Shown piece by piece: positions 49,498 through 60,894 of a DNA stretch of 64,000 bases (its first letter is position 1; each line of letters starts with the position of its first letter). The DNA comes from Lama guanicoe (Eukaryota), in the NCBI GenBank assembly GCA_013239625.1, contig MU053482.1, positions 4,849,775 through 4,913,774 on the forward strand. The letters are read 5' to 3'. A program made the translations under genes and the position numbers. The notes beneath the pieces were generated by a model. The model did no database searches and was not told the DNA's origin. It worked only from the letters and a program-made list of their open reading frames with translations.

Positions 49498-51832
49498 AGC
49501 TCAGCTGCCAAGTGCCATAACATTTCCCGCGTAGATGGCGATCTGTGTAGTCAGCGCAGGCGCTGGCCGGGGAGCCCCGCGCTCTTTAACCAATTAGCTC
49601 GAGGCCAAAGAGTTTTCCGTTGGCCCCCCGCGCCTGGCCAGGCCATGGTGAACGTCTGCTCGGGGTGCTGGGGCCGGCACGACATGAAGGATGTGTTTTT
49701 GGTTTTTGTTTTTAATAGCTTTGTACTTTTGTACCAAAGTGAGCCATATTTCTAGGTTTACATTTCAATTTTTAACTTTTAATACACCAAGAGAGAGCAT
49801 TTTTTCCCTATGGGTGTCAGTTTTTCTAGACACGGGTTTGACGTTTATAACTGGTATTACAAACCCCTTCCACGTTGCGGTCAGTTGTAAAAGCCACTGC
49901 CTGCAGTGTGAAAGATTTGGGCTTTTATAGAAACCAAAGCAAAGGTGCCACCTCCTGACCAGTGCCTTTTGATTTATGTGCCCAGTTGCCACTTGTCAAC
50001 AAGGAGCAATTTTTTTGCAGTATGAAAGCATAATAATTTAGAAGAAAAGGATAGAAAGGACAAAAGAGAATTAAAGCTACAAAAGCACGTGGCAGTGTGT
50101 AGTTGCCTGTCGTCTGTCCTTCCGGAGGGGGGAGGACTCCTTTACTCCCTTGTTTTGATATAAAATAGTAGCTTACAGGCTCCCCCCTCCATACCAAATC
50201 ACAGCCAAATGACGTAGAACCACAGGGTTTCAAACAGATTGCTGCAAACATACATTTTCCCTTACCACTAATGGGCGCTGCTGCGAAAGCCCTTTGGCTC
50301 CTGACCATGCAGAGCTCCGCAAAACTGATGCAATGCTGTAGAGGAGTTACGTCAGCCTGGGGCATGTTAAGCCCTCACTCTGAGGCCCTGCAGGCCAAAC
50401 CAAGGCCACTCAGGGTCCACAGTGGTCAGGCTGAAGGAAGACACTGCCCTCTTACATCACGTCTGTCAGGAGCGAGGGCGTTTATTCCCACCTCAGGGTA
50501 TTATTTCTGGGAAGTGTGGCCTGCCCTGTGGGCATGGCTTGCAGACACCCTGGCTTCTTAGCCGCTCCGCTGCCATACATATTTGGTCCAGCAGTCAGAA
50601 ACCGTTTATTTTCACGCTGTCCTAGCAGAAGGAATGTGTCTGATCTCCAGGGGGAAGCTCCCCCGTGTCTTGATTGGCAGGAGAAGCTGGGAGTGGAAGC
50701 TTTTATTGACTCATGCAACAGAAAGATACCCTATTAAGGGCAAAACAGGCCTTAGGCCCACCTGCATTCTTCACCCTGGGCATCTGGAGGAGGCCGAAGC
50801 TCTGCCCACTGCACTCTGCTGGGACACGCACTGCTGCTGGGTCTGGCTGAACAAGGGAGATGGCTGATAGAGAAAGGCCTTTAGTTGTGTTCAGTGTAGC
50901 TAGAGTTGCTGGGCTAGAGACGGCACTATGTCTTGTTCCACTAGAGAGATCCTCTGGAGTAAATAAGGATGGAGCCTGGTGGGTTAGGAGCCAGAGCTCC
51001 AGAGGGCTTTGAGATGCCACGTTTCTCTAGGGTGGGAAGAAGGGGGAAGGCATTTCTATAAACACTTCCCTAAGTCCTTGGGTAAATCAGGGGCTTGGCT
51101 GTAGCCATGTCCGTGGGAACTGGTGCCTCTGTCCTTGTTGGAACTGTTCTCAGTCCTGTGACCTGCATTGTGTTTTTCCAAAATTTTGCTGGTATTTTAA
51201 TGTTCTACATGGTGGAGGAGCCCTTGATTCATTTTATGTTTGATTCTTGAAAGTCACAATGTGAACACAAGCACAACTGTGTCATTGTTATTACTGTCAG
51301 CTCAGGGCTGGATGAGATGCTTTGTGGGATGCTCCATGAAGCCAGAGTAGGAATCTCAGAGAATGTCGCTCTGGCCATAAGGAGACTGGTTTGAATTACT
51401 CTGGTGAGACAGGGTGTGCCTGTCAGAAGCCTGAGATGTTTATATGTTCTGAGACTTTGAACCTTCCTGGTGGGGCAGCGGTAGGACACCCGGGTGGATC
51501 CTGGGGATGGCTGCCTCTAAGCCTCCACAACATATTCAAGAATGAATATGAGACCCTAGAGTAAAATTGGGGCAGCGAGGATATGGGGGCAAGGGAGAAT
51601 TGGCCTTGGCCAACTGCACCTGTCCACCCTTGCAGACAAGGGGCTGGGCACTGCCAGGAAGGTTCGTCTGTCCTAACCAAGCGGTATCTTGTCCGGGGAA
51701 GTTTCTCTTTTTTTAACGGTTGCCTTGTTTTCGACTCCTGTGCCTTCTCGTGTTGTCCGTCGTTTTCCTTGTTCCCCGGACTAAATTCTCTTTTCTGTCT
51801 CTCTCTTTCCAACCTTACACTGTGGCCGTCAG

Positions 51833-51873
51833 TTCGTTTCAGCCTTCCAGTGCTACACCCACTTCTTGGCTGA
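51833..51873 (+). CDS. MICAL2: MICAL2 terminal coding exon (VRFSLPVLHPLLG*)
   Basis: Pyrimidine tract 51786-51815, acceptor ccgtcag, phase 1 matching donor 49201; TGA at 51871-51873. Confidence 0.93.
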
Positions 51874-53155
51874 CACACTTCTGCTCTGAGGTGACTGATT
51901 TTCTTGCCAATTTCCAGAGAGTGGTGCTAACTGCTAACCCCGCTTTCTGCACTCCATCCTCCCGCCGCAGCCTTGGTTGTGCTAACTGTGAGTGTCTTGC
52001 ATACTGATGGACTTATTCGGTGGCATGGTTGGTGAACGGCATTGGGGGTGGGGGGTGTTCAGCTCGAAAGCTGTTTCTGATTCGGTACCTCTGAGCCGGC
52101 TGCCCGGTCCACACCAGTGCATGCCCCGCCTCCCCTGTGTGCCCCGCCGCCTGCGTGCATGTTTTTCCGTTGCATTTACAAAGCTACCTACCTTCCTGGG
52201 AGGGTTAACTCTGCCTGTGAGACAGTATCATAGAGAGGGCGCTTCACCTTTGAAAAGAACTCTTTCATCTTGCGGCCTCTGGAAAAGTACACGCATACGA
52301 GCATCTTCTTCAATGGGTTCTAACATAAAGATCATTGGTGTTATCGATCAAAACCATATTGGTGACTCTTTGGAAACAATTTTTTTAAAAATACTCCTGG
52401 GCTTCCTCATGAGCTTGACCCATGCTCTGTGTTTGAACACATAATCACAGTTTTCCTAGCCAACCTTCTCTCTCCTGCAACCTACACTTTCCCTCCAAGG
52501 GTTTTGCTGTGGCTCCTCTGATCTCTCTTGGCTCCTAACGCCCCAGATGATACAGAAGCTTCAACTAGAACAGTCATCGTCACAGGCCAGGGATGCCTTT
52601 GAGAGCCGACTCAGGTCAGGCCCAGGCCTGGAGCGGCCCATTTCAATGCCCCCACAGCTCTGCTCAGAACACATTTGCCTGCTGACTCTTTACCTGGAGC
52701 AGCCGGATCTTCAGAGCACTTTTAAAGAAACACATCACACCAAGAAAGTCCGGTGGGGCTGCTGCAGGCCGGGCCTCGCAGTCTCGGCCTCCACGTGGTG
52801 TGTGTCTTGCATGCGGCCCGGAGCCATGCTGGCCCGTGGCCTGTCTGCACAGCCCCGCATGCCGCATTGCTCCCTGTGTCGGTGCAGAGCCTAGCCAGGA
52901 CGGCATCATCGCTCTTGTCTTCTCTTCTCTTGCAGAGCCTCCCCCCTTTATAGAATGTCAACCAAAGAATGCCCTCCTCCCCTGGCCTCCTCCTTAGCTA
53001 GTCCCCCCATCTCATCACCACGCATGTTTGTGACCTCTGGTAGCCAGTACAGTGCCACATGGAACCCTGTATTTTGCACACAGCAAACAATGTTTAGCTT
53101 TATTTATGGTATTTGATGCTGTAAATGAAAATAAATATGGTTCTTTATAAAGCTT
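51874..53155 (+). other. MICAL2: MICAL2 3' UTR (short isoform)
   Basis: Stretch without recognisable repeats between the stop codon and the poly(A) signal; 3' end approximate. Confidence 0.8.
53130..53135 (+). terminator. Polyadenylation signal AATAAA
   Basis: AATAAA preceded by UGUA/U-rich sequence and followed about 20 nt later by a U/GU-rich element (ttattgtttcctctcttctttg). Confidence 0.85.
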
Positions 53156-54144
53156 ATTGTTTCCTCTCTTCTTTGCCACGGAAGCTGCTTAAGCCCCCAA
53201 CACAGGGGTTGATTTCAGGGGTCAGCCTTCACTAAACTGGCGGCACGCGCACTTGTGGTGACGTGGGACTCTCTGGGGCTGCGCTGGGTACTCTAAGAGG
53301 AAATATTACCCAGGGGTAATATTTGAAAAATATCACCAGTGCTCCGGGGCCAGGCTTTGGGAGCTCTGCCTTGAAAACTCATGGTACTTTGCTGCTCTAG
53401 GTGCTGGGCATAGCTGGGTGAGGGCCAGGGCCACCTCAGCTGTCAGGAACAGACTCTTAACAGCTGCGTGCACCCATTTTCTGCACACATCTAAGCCATG
53501 GACCTGCAGGGAAGCTTTACTTAGGAGCCTCATGCTGACTTAGGTTCCTGTGTGACAGAGGTCGCTCTTGAATGTTTTATGCTGGTCCAGCTGAATGATG
53601 GGTGAAAGGTAAGGAGGAAGGACGGGACATTGGTTTCAGGGTGGCAGTGAACATGGCAGGTGTGCTCATCCAGATGGAGAGCCATTTGTGATGCTAAGAG
53701 ACCAGCCTTGTCCCCCAAAACTCAGGTCATTGTGTCTTTAGGCTGCAAGGCTCTGCCCACGGGGCCACTCCGAGGACAGCACCATGGCAGGCTCTGGCCC
53801 AATTCCACTTGTCTTTAAGGGAAGGATTTGGAGTCTCACTCAGCTAATTTGGACAGTGTCAAAGAAACCTGGTCCTCAACCTCCCTTGGGTGGGACGCTT
53901 CTCATTGCCAGGCTGGATGTGGCTGGGCTTCTGAAGCTGACATGAAAACTCAGCTGTGAACTTGCATCTCCAGAGGCACACTCCTGAGGCCCTGGGCCTC
54001 TGAGCCTAGCTGCTGCCTGGAGCTGCCTTCTGAGCTGCCTGGGGTGGTGGCCAAAGGTCTGTACTCTTACCCGGGTGAGATGTTCTTTCCTTTCCCTGAG
54101 AGAAAGGGTGTTAGGGACTGAAGTCAAGAGCTGGGCTGGGCAAG

Positions 54145-54445
54145 TGACTCATTCCTTTATTCATTCATTGATTCAAGTGTTTGTTGAATGCATGCCGCGC
54201 CCTAGGCATGTCCTAGGTCCTAGGGATGCAGCAGTGAACCAACGTCCCCGCCCCTCCCTGCATCTTGGATTGTAGGTATCTCAGTGTCGTTGTGCTAGAC
54301 TTGATTTGTTTTGTTTAGTGGTGCATGCACATATTTTGTACATGTACACATTTGTTTACTCAACTAATATTTACTCAGCCTCTACTGTATGTTGGGAATA
54401 TAGCAGGGAATGAAACAGACTAAAGTCCTCACTCTCATGGGGCTT
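54145..54445 (-). mobile_element. L2 LINE fragments
   Basis: tcattcctttattcattcattg...ctagggatgcagcagtgaac; gaaacagactaaagtcctcactctcatgg. Confidence 0.65.
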
Positions 54446-54466
54446 ATAATTTGGTTTTGATTTTTT

Positions 54467-54843
54467 TTGTTTTGAGGTATAATCTGTTTACAATGTTGTG
54501 TCAATTTCTGGTGTATAGAAAAGTGCTTCAGCCATACATAAATATACATATATTCATTTTCATATTCTTTTTCACCATAAGCTACTACAAGATACTGAAT
54601 ATATTTCCCTGTGCTATACAGTATAAACTTGTTTATCTATTTTGTGTATACCCATCAGTATCTGCAAATCTTGAACTCCCCGTTTATCCCTTCCCACCCC
54701 ACTCCCTGCTAGCAACCAGAAGTCTGTATTCTATGTCTGTGAATCTGTTTCTGTTTTATATATAAGTTCATATGTAAGTTCTTATATATAAGTTTGTCTT
54801 TTTTTTTTTAGATTCCACTTATGAGTGATATCATATGGTATTT
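54467..54843 (-). mobile_element. 5'-truncated young L1 3' end with 17-bp TSD
   Basis: TSD tttggttttgatttttt at 54450-54466 and 54844-54860; L1 3' UTR blocks (tagattccacttatgagtgatatcatatggta). Confidence 0.88.
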
Positions 54844-55199
54844 TTTGGTTTTGATTTTTTGATTTGAAGTTGGGTTAAAGCAACATTTTCTAAAGTGTGG
54901 CAGTGGAATTCTAGCTCCCAGAGGTGCTTTGTGAAGAAAGGGTTCAACAGTCACAAAGTTTGAGAAATGTTTTACGCCAGGCCTCCCAGACCTTGGAGAT
55001 CTGTAAGATTCATTAGCATGTTTGAGTCTGAGGAGTCCTCTAGTAAAGAAGCTTAAGTAACTTCGATCAAGTGGGCTTTCCCATACCTCTTGGAAGTGAG
55101 TTTCTTGTTTGGGGGAGTTTGTTTGCTTTGCATATTATAGTCTATGTAAGTGTTTGGTAGAATATTATTTAATCCAGAAACACTGGATGACAGACTTTA

Positions 55200-56130
55200 A
55201 AAATGAAAATAATAGAACTAAATATTAAATAGAATTAAGTATTGATTAGATGACAGACTGATAACTTTCTAAAATTAAAACCTCTGATGGAAAAATTACA
55301 TAGGAAAAACATGACACAGATCTGACTTCTATATATTTTTAAAACTTAATGTACAAAAGTGAAAATATTCGATAGGCAATCAGACTGAGGGAAAAAATCT
55401 GAATTTGATGTGATAACAAAGATGTTCCTTGCTATGGCATTAGAAAGTTCCTGCAGGATTATATGCTGCCTTCTGTAAGCCAGAAGTGAATGTAGAAAGG
55501 AAATGTGATTCTCAAACAAGCCAAGCAATGTTCCTATGTAATTCTGATGGGCAAAAAGATACAGGAGGGCAGAGAAACAGGAGTTAGTGGGGATCCCATT
55601 GAGGGTTCAATTCTGACTCAGAGAACAGGGAAAATATAAGAAAGAAAGAAAGTTCTTGCAAAGTAGGTGTTACCAGGCACCTTGAACATGTAGGTGATCA
55701 GATAATATTTATTTGACTAAAGACCCAATGATAATAGAAAATGAAAAAGGCAATGTATAGACAGTTCACACTCAAGCAAATTTTAAAAGAAAACACTAAA
55801 AAAGCAAGCATTTCCTTAAATGTTCTAAGTTGGCTTTCAGGGGAATGTAAATTAATTGTGCTGTACCCACTGAATAAGTAAATATTGAAGTCCATTGTAA
55901 GAAAAAATATGAACCGAATCCCTAGTATCGAGTGAAAAGTTAAAAGGGGCCATCTTTTCTGCAAAGCAATATGGCAACAATTATTAAGATCCATAAACAG
56001 TCTCTGACCTCTCGGCCCAGTAATACCACCCCAGGAACGGATCCTACAGAAATAATAATCCAGCCAAAGAAATAAAATCCCTGCAACCCGAAAATTGAGT
56101 AGAGTAAGTGGGTCAAACGGAGAGGATACG
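55200..56130 (+). mobile_element. Old, fragmented L1M sequence
   Basis: A-rich, with L1-like blocks (aaagcaatatggcaac...ataaacagtctctgacc...cagtaatacca); boundaries uncertain. Confidence 0.45.
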
Positions 56131-56899
56131 GGTGGGCTGTTCCGCTTTATTTCTGTGAACTCATTCACTTTCAGAGCTTTTTCTTTAATTCCTTAAATAA
56201 GTTAAAAAAAAAAAAAGTGACTGCCGCTATTCCTGCCCCAGGGCCAGAGTTTCCTTGGGGCCAAGCACCTTCCGTGTGGTACCTCGTTATCTCGTCACTT
56301 CCTCATGGTAACCTTGAGATCAGTGCTGATATTAAAGCTCACTGGTGCTCGAGATGACCTGGAGCCTCAACTTCATCTGTCAAGGAGCAGTCACCTGGCC
56401 CAGGCCAGGACTCAGGTGCTGCTCTCAGGAGAGCCTTGGCGCAGGGCAAGGCCCTGGACTTGGCTGAAGACCCAGTTTCAATCCCAGCGCTTTGTATGGA
56501 CGTGGAGGCAATGGTCAACCCCTTCTGTGAGTGAGGGCTAACAATGCCTCTGGCAGAAGGCTTTGTGAAGGCAGAGTCAGCGAGCACGCCCAGTATGGCA
56601 CTCAGACCAGCAAGCGCTCTTGCTGAGTTCCAAGTGGCACTTTCCAGGTTTTGCACAGCAGGAAATGCCCCAAGGGAGGCAGTCTGGATCAATGGTGGCT
56701 TAGCGCCTGATGGGACATCTTCTGGTTGGCAAGTCAACAGGCCTCAATTCACACAAGGTGGCAACATCTATTTTTCTCTAGTTATCCGGTCCCCCAGCTC
56801 TCTTGAAGGTAACCGCTCGCCTCCCTTTGGACACCCCGGCTTCAGCTCGAGCCACCTGCTAGTGGGACTTTAGTTTTGCTGTCATGAGTGTCTGAGCCT

Positions 56900-57807
56900 C
56901 AGCAGAGGGGCCGTCTCTAGCTCTGTGTCCACGGCCTGCTCGCCATCCCCACTTAGCTGTCTGCTGAGCGCCTCCAGCTTAAAATCCACCACCAACTCCC
57001 GATCCTCCCGAGACAGACTCCACCCTCAGCCCTCGCAGTCTCTTCTTGCTGCTCCGCTCAAGGGGTTGGAGCCATTCTCAGCTCTGCTCTTCTTGGCCCC
57101 ACATCTAATCCATCCGTGAGTTCTAGGTACAGCCAGAATCTGTGCACGTCTACCACCCCCATGCCGCCGCCCTGGCCCCAGTTCCCGCCGTCTCCTCCTG
57201 CGTTATTGAGGTTGCCTCTTTCTACTTTACTGCGCTCAACCTATTTCCAACACGACAGCTGGAGTAGTCCTGTTAGAACTGAAGTCTGATCTCTCCTCTG
57301 CTCAAAACGCCCCCAGCTCACTCCAAGTAAAAGCCAAAGGCATACAGAGGACTCAGGTGGCTTTCTGGTCCTGTGTGGCTCTGACCTGCTCCCCTACTTT
57401 CCCTCTCACATGCTGTGGCCTCTGCCTTAGAGCCTTCATGCTGGCGGTCCCCTCTGCCAGGAACACAATTCCCCAGTATCCGTGTGGTTGGCCCTGCTTT
57501 TATTCAAGTCTTTGTTTCCACGTCTCCCTCCTGGTGAGGTCTGCCTTCAATACTGCAGCCTGTACCCCCAGCTCTCCTGATCCCCCCAACCCTACCAGAC
57601 AGTCTTTCCATAGCATTTATCATCTCCTAACTATCTTACGTAAGTCGCTTATTACCTGTGTGTATTGTTATGTTTTTCTTCTTGTTAGGACGTAAACTCC
57701 TCAAGAGCAGGAGTCTTTGTTTCTTCTGAACACTCATATAACTCCAATGTATACAGCAGTGCTGGGCACCCTGGGGACCCTTAATAAATATTTGTAGAAT
57801 AAATAAA
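56900..57807 (+). mobile_element. L2 LINE 3' portion
   Basis: L2 3' blocks ending aataaatatttgtagaataaataaa. Confidence 0.75.
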
Positions 57808-58319
57808 GGTTCTGCCTCCTGGTCTGGACCTCAGACTAGGGAACCTGCAGCTGCCTTGGGAAGAACTTGCCGGCGTCGATTCACAGATCAGGAGGGAGAA
57901 CCTGTAAGAGAAGTAAGACACTGTGTGTGGCTACCTCTGCAGAGCCTTTTGATTGTTTGGGAGAAAGGAATTTTGATTTTGCTACCATTTTGCCTCCTAG
58001 GGGTAGATTCTGCACACAGCCTCTCCTGGCAGCATGTGGGAGCACGTGTGTCCAAAGCTAGAGGCCCAGGGCTGGCTGGACACAGTACCTGTCTGTGCAG
58101 GGGAAGGAGGATGAAAGAAAAGTCAAGGTCCAGGGACCAAGGCCCCCAACCTGGCACCGTTAGCCAAACAAGGGAGAGAAGCCAGCTTCCTTGCTGTTTT
58201 GGGGCCCACGACGCCGTCGGGAGGATACCTCATGGCCCCAGCCCTCTAGTCCTGATGGAGTGGAGGGCTCATGCCAAGGGGTGGGCCCATCTGTGGCTGG
58301 GTACACCACACTATGCTGA

Positions 58320-58775
58320 GTATCCTGGACATTTGCCGGTTTGCTCTCAGATATGCTCCTTGCCCTTCCCCTGCTCTGCTCTGTATTAGAGAGGTGTAAC
58401 CCCTGCAAACTCCACTTCCCAAGCTCCTTTGTGACTGGTTTCCTGTTACGATTGACCACTGAGACACACTAGTGGGAGAGTAGAGGGTGGGATCAAGGGA
58501 GAAGCTAGGGTATTCCTCCCGTCTGTCTGCAGCCCGGGCAGTGCTGCATCTTCTGTGTGGTCCCCACCCCTACCGCATGGCCCTGGACTCTGGACTCAGC
58601 ACCAGCTTCTTCCTGTGTCCCCCTAGCAGTGGCTTCCTGCTCATCTCTGGGTTGCCTCACAATCCCTGTTCGGCTTTTCAGCCCATCCAATACCATCATT
58701 ATTAGTTTACTATATGAACTTTCCTCTGTTGAACTCCCCAGCTTGGGTTCTATTTTCCTGACCGGATCCTGATAA
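58320..58775 (+). mobile_element. LTR33-like ERVL solo LTR
   Basis: ggtttcctgtt...tgggagagtagagggtggga...agtggcttcctgct...ttttcctgaccggatcctga blocks. Confidence 0.6.
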
Positions 58776-58996
58776 ACTTAGTTCCATTGCTTTTGTTAAA
58801 CTTTTTTCTTCAGAGAGAACAGTGGGCAGGACAGCAGAGGGAGCTTTTCTAAATCTAGAGCCAAAAGTGTCTCTGGCAGGTAGGAGCTGTGTGACCTCAG
58901 ACAAAAGAGAGAATGCCTCTGAACTTCAAGTTCCTAATCTGTAAAATGGTTTTATAACAGGACACAGGAGAACGTGTTGCTTTGTTGTCTTCTTAG

Positions 58997-59059
58997 GTTC
59001 TGACGGAGAGTCTGCAGATTTGGGGAGAAAACAGGAGCAAGTTCACCAGCAGAACCGAG
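58997..59059 (+). CDS. Candidate 63-nt cassette exon of a longer MICAL2 isoform (GSDGESADLGRKQEQVHQQNR)
   Basis: Strong acceptor ttgttgtcttcttag, open in the phase-1 frame, GC-type donor GAG|gcaagg gives a symmetric exon; no transcript evidence. Confidence 0.35.
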
Positions 59060-60894
59060 GCAAGGGTCCTCACCTTGACACTGCATCAGGGGCCTGGCTG
59101 GGAGGGGCCTCGGGACTTGGCTGCTGGGGGTGGTGTGTGAGGACGGAGTTTCCCCAGACACTGCCTGGCTCACCTCTGGAGTCTCATCTTTCACCAGGGA
59201 GCAGGTATCTGGCCAGAGCAATGGGTTGAGACTGAGATGCTCAGCTCTGAGCAGACCTCCCTCCCTCCAGGAGGCTGGGGCAGCTGCCCTGGAAGGGGCT
59301 GGATTGTCCTTACTCCCTACACCCACGCACCTCCTCCCTTGGCAGCCACCGGCCCAACTGTGGTCCTGAATTCTCCCTCTGAGCACAGATAACTTCAGGC
59401 AAAGTCTAGGAGAGCAGCTGGGCCTGGGGGAGACGGCACAGGTGAGCACACCGCAGTCCTTTACCTGGGGATGGTCACAGACGTGGTGTTCTGTGTCCAG
59501 CAGCGGCTGGTCCAGCTCACTCTCGGGTGGCCCTGGCTCAGCTACTCTCCGACTCCACGGTCTCCCACGTGTGCACTGAAGGTGACTATACCGTCCTTTC
59601 AGGTCGTGGGGATGTCAGAGAAGATGAGCGCAAGCCGCTCGACAGGTGCGTGGGCACTGAGCGGTGAGCTGGTGCTGCTTGAGTTAGTGCCTCTAGGTTA
59701 CTTCTGGTACTGGTGCCTGTACCACTAGCACTACAGCTGCTCACCTGTGCGCCTGGCCAGGAGCCCTCAGGGGAGCGAGAAGAGGGGTCTGGAAGTAGAC
59801 GCTTCAGTGGAGAAATTTCCCTCTGGGGGCCGCACTGAACCTGAGACCAAGCTGTAGCCTTGGGGCGACAGGAGGGGGACTTTTTGCCTGGGCCTCGTGG
59901 GGATGAGAGGAAGCACCTGCTTTTTTCCCACGAAGTCTCCACTTCCAGGCGCCCACCACCCCCAGCCCCGCCACTGAGGATCCTCAGTCAGCCATGTGTC
60001 CACCCCTCCAGAAGCCCAGGGAGCCAGCCCGAGCCCTTAGCCTGTTCCATCCCTCAGCACTGCTGGCAAAGCCAAAACCGTCCAGGAGGGGGAAGGAGGA
60101 AAGCAGACCTGGGGTGTTCCTTGCAGGTTTGGGCTAGTCCCTAAGGTACGGGGCCCTGGGTCTGGCACAGCTCACCTCCTCTGCCTGCAGCCGCGCCCCT
60201 GCCAGGCGCTCTCGACCCCCTCTCCCACTTCACCACTGCCACACATGCTTAGTCACTGGGTCTCTGGTTATCACAGCGGCCTCCTCAGTGGTCTCTCTGT
60301 CTTCTCCTTATAGGTCCTCCCATCCACCTCCCACTCTGCAACCAGAGTGACCTTTCAGGAGGTGGATGATGATGCCAACCCCCACTTCCAGTCCTTCCCT
60401 GGGTGCTCCTGGAGTGAAATCCACCCTTCACCTTGCCATTCAAGGCCCTTCTTGGTTTGATGTCAGTGCAATCATTTCCCACTGGTTTCCTTCCGGTACC
60501 CTCCTGCCCTCCAGCTGCGTGGACTTATTTTCCATTCCCATGCAGATTGCCCACTCTGCTCTGGCTCCCAGAGGTCCCACCCGCTGGAGCACCGCCCCTC
60601 CCATAAATAAAGACCCAGAGTCTTTAGTGCATGGAAGTCAGATCTCCCTCCCCTTCCACCCCACCTTGGCCTCACCCCTTGTGGTCTACCTAATAAAGCA
60701 GATACTTGTGAGCAGACCTTCTTTCCCCTGTGGGGCAGAGACCCTTGAAGGCAGACCGCGGATTATCTATCCACAAATCCCCAGCACAGGCCTGTTGGAG
60801 GAGGGCTCACAGCTTCTGTTGACTATACAAGTGTCTGTGCACACAGCTCAGAGGCACACACGCCTGCACCCAGATATAAACCAGGCATAGAGAC

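Larger units (their letters stand above)
2877..53155 (+). other. MICAL2: MICAL2 gene body (5'-partial; 22 coding exons plus 3' UTR in window)
   Basis: GT-AG exons join with matching phases into one ORF with MICAL monooxygenase motifs ([18 protein letters not shown]), CH and LIM domains, and the MICAL2-type C-terminus FSLPVLHPLLG*. The 3' end is estimated from AATAAA at 53130. Confidence 0.97.
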
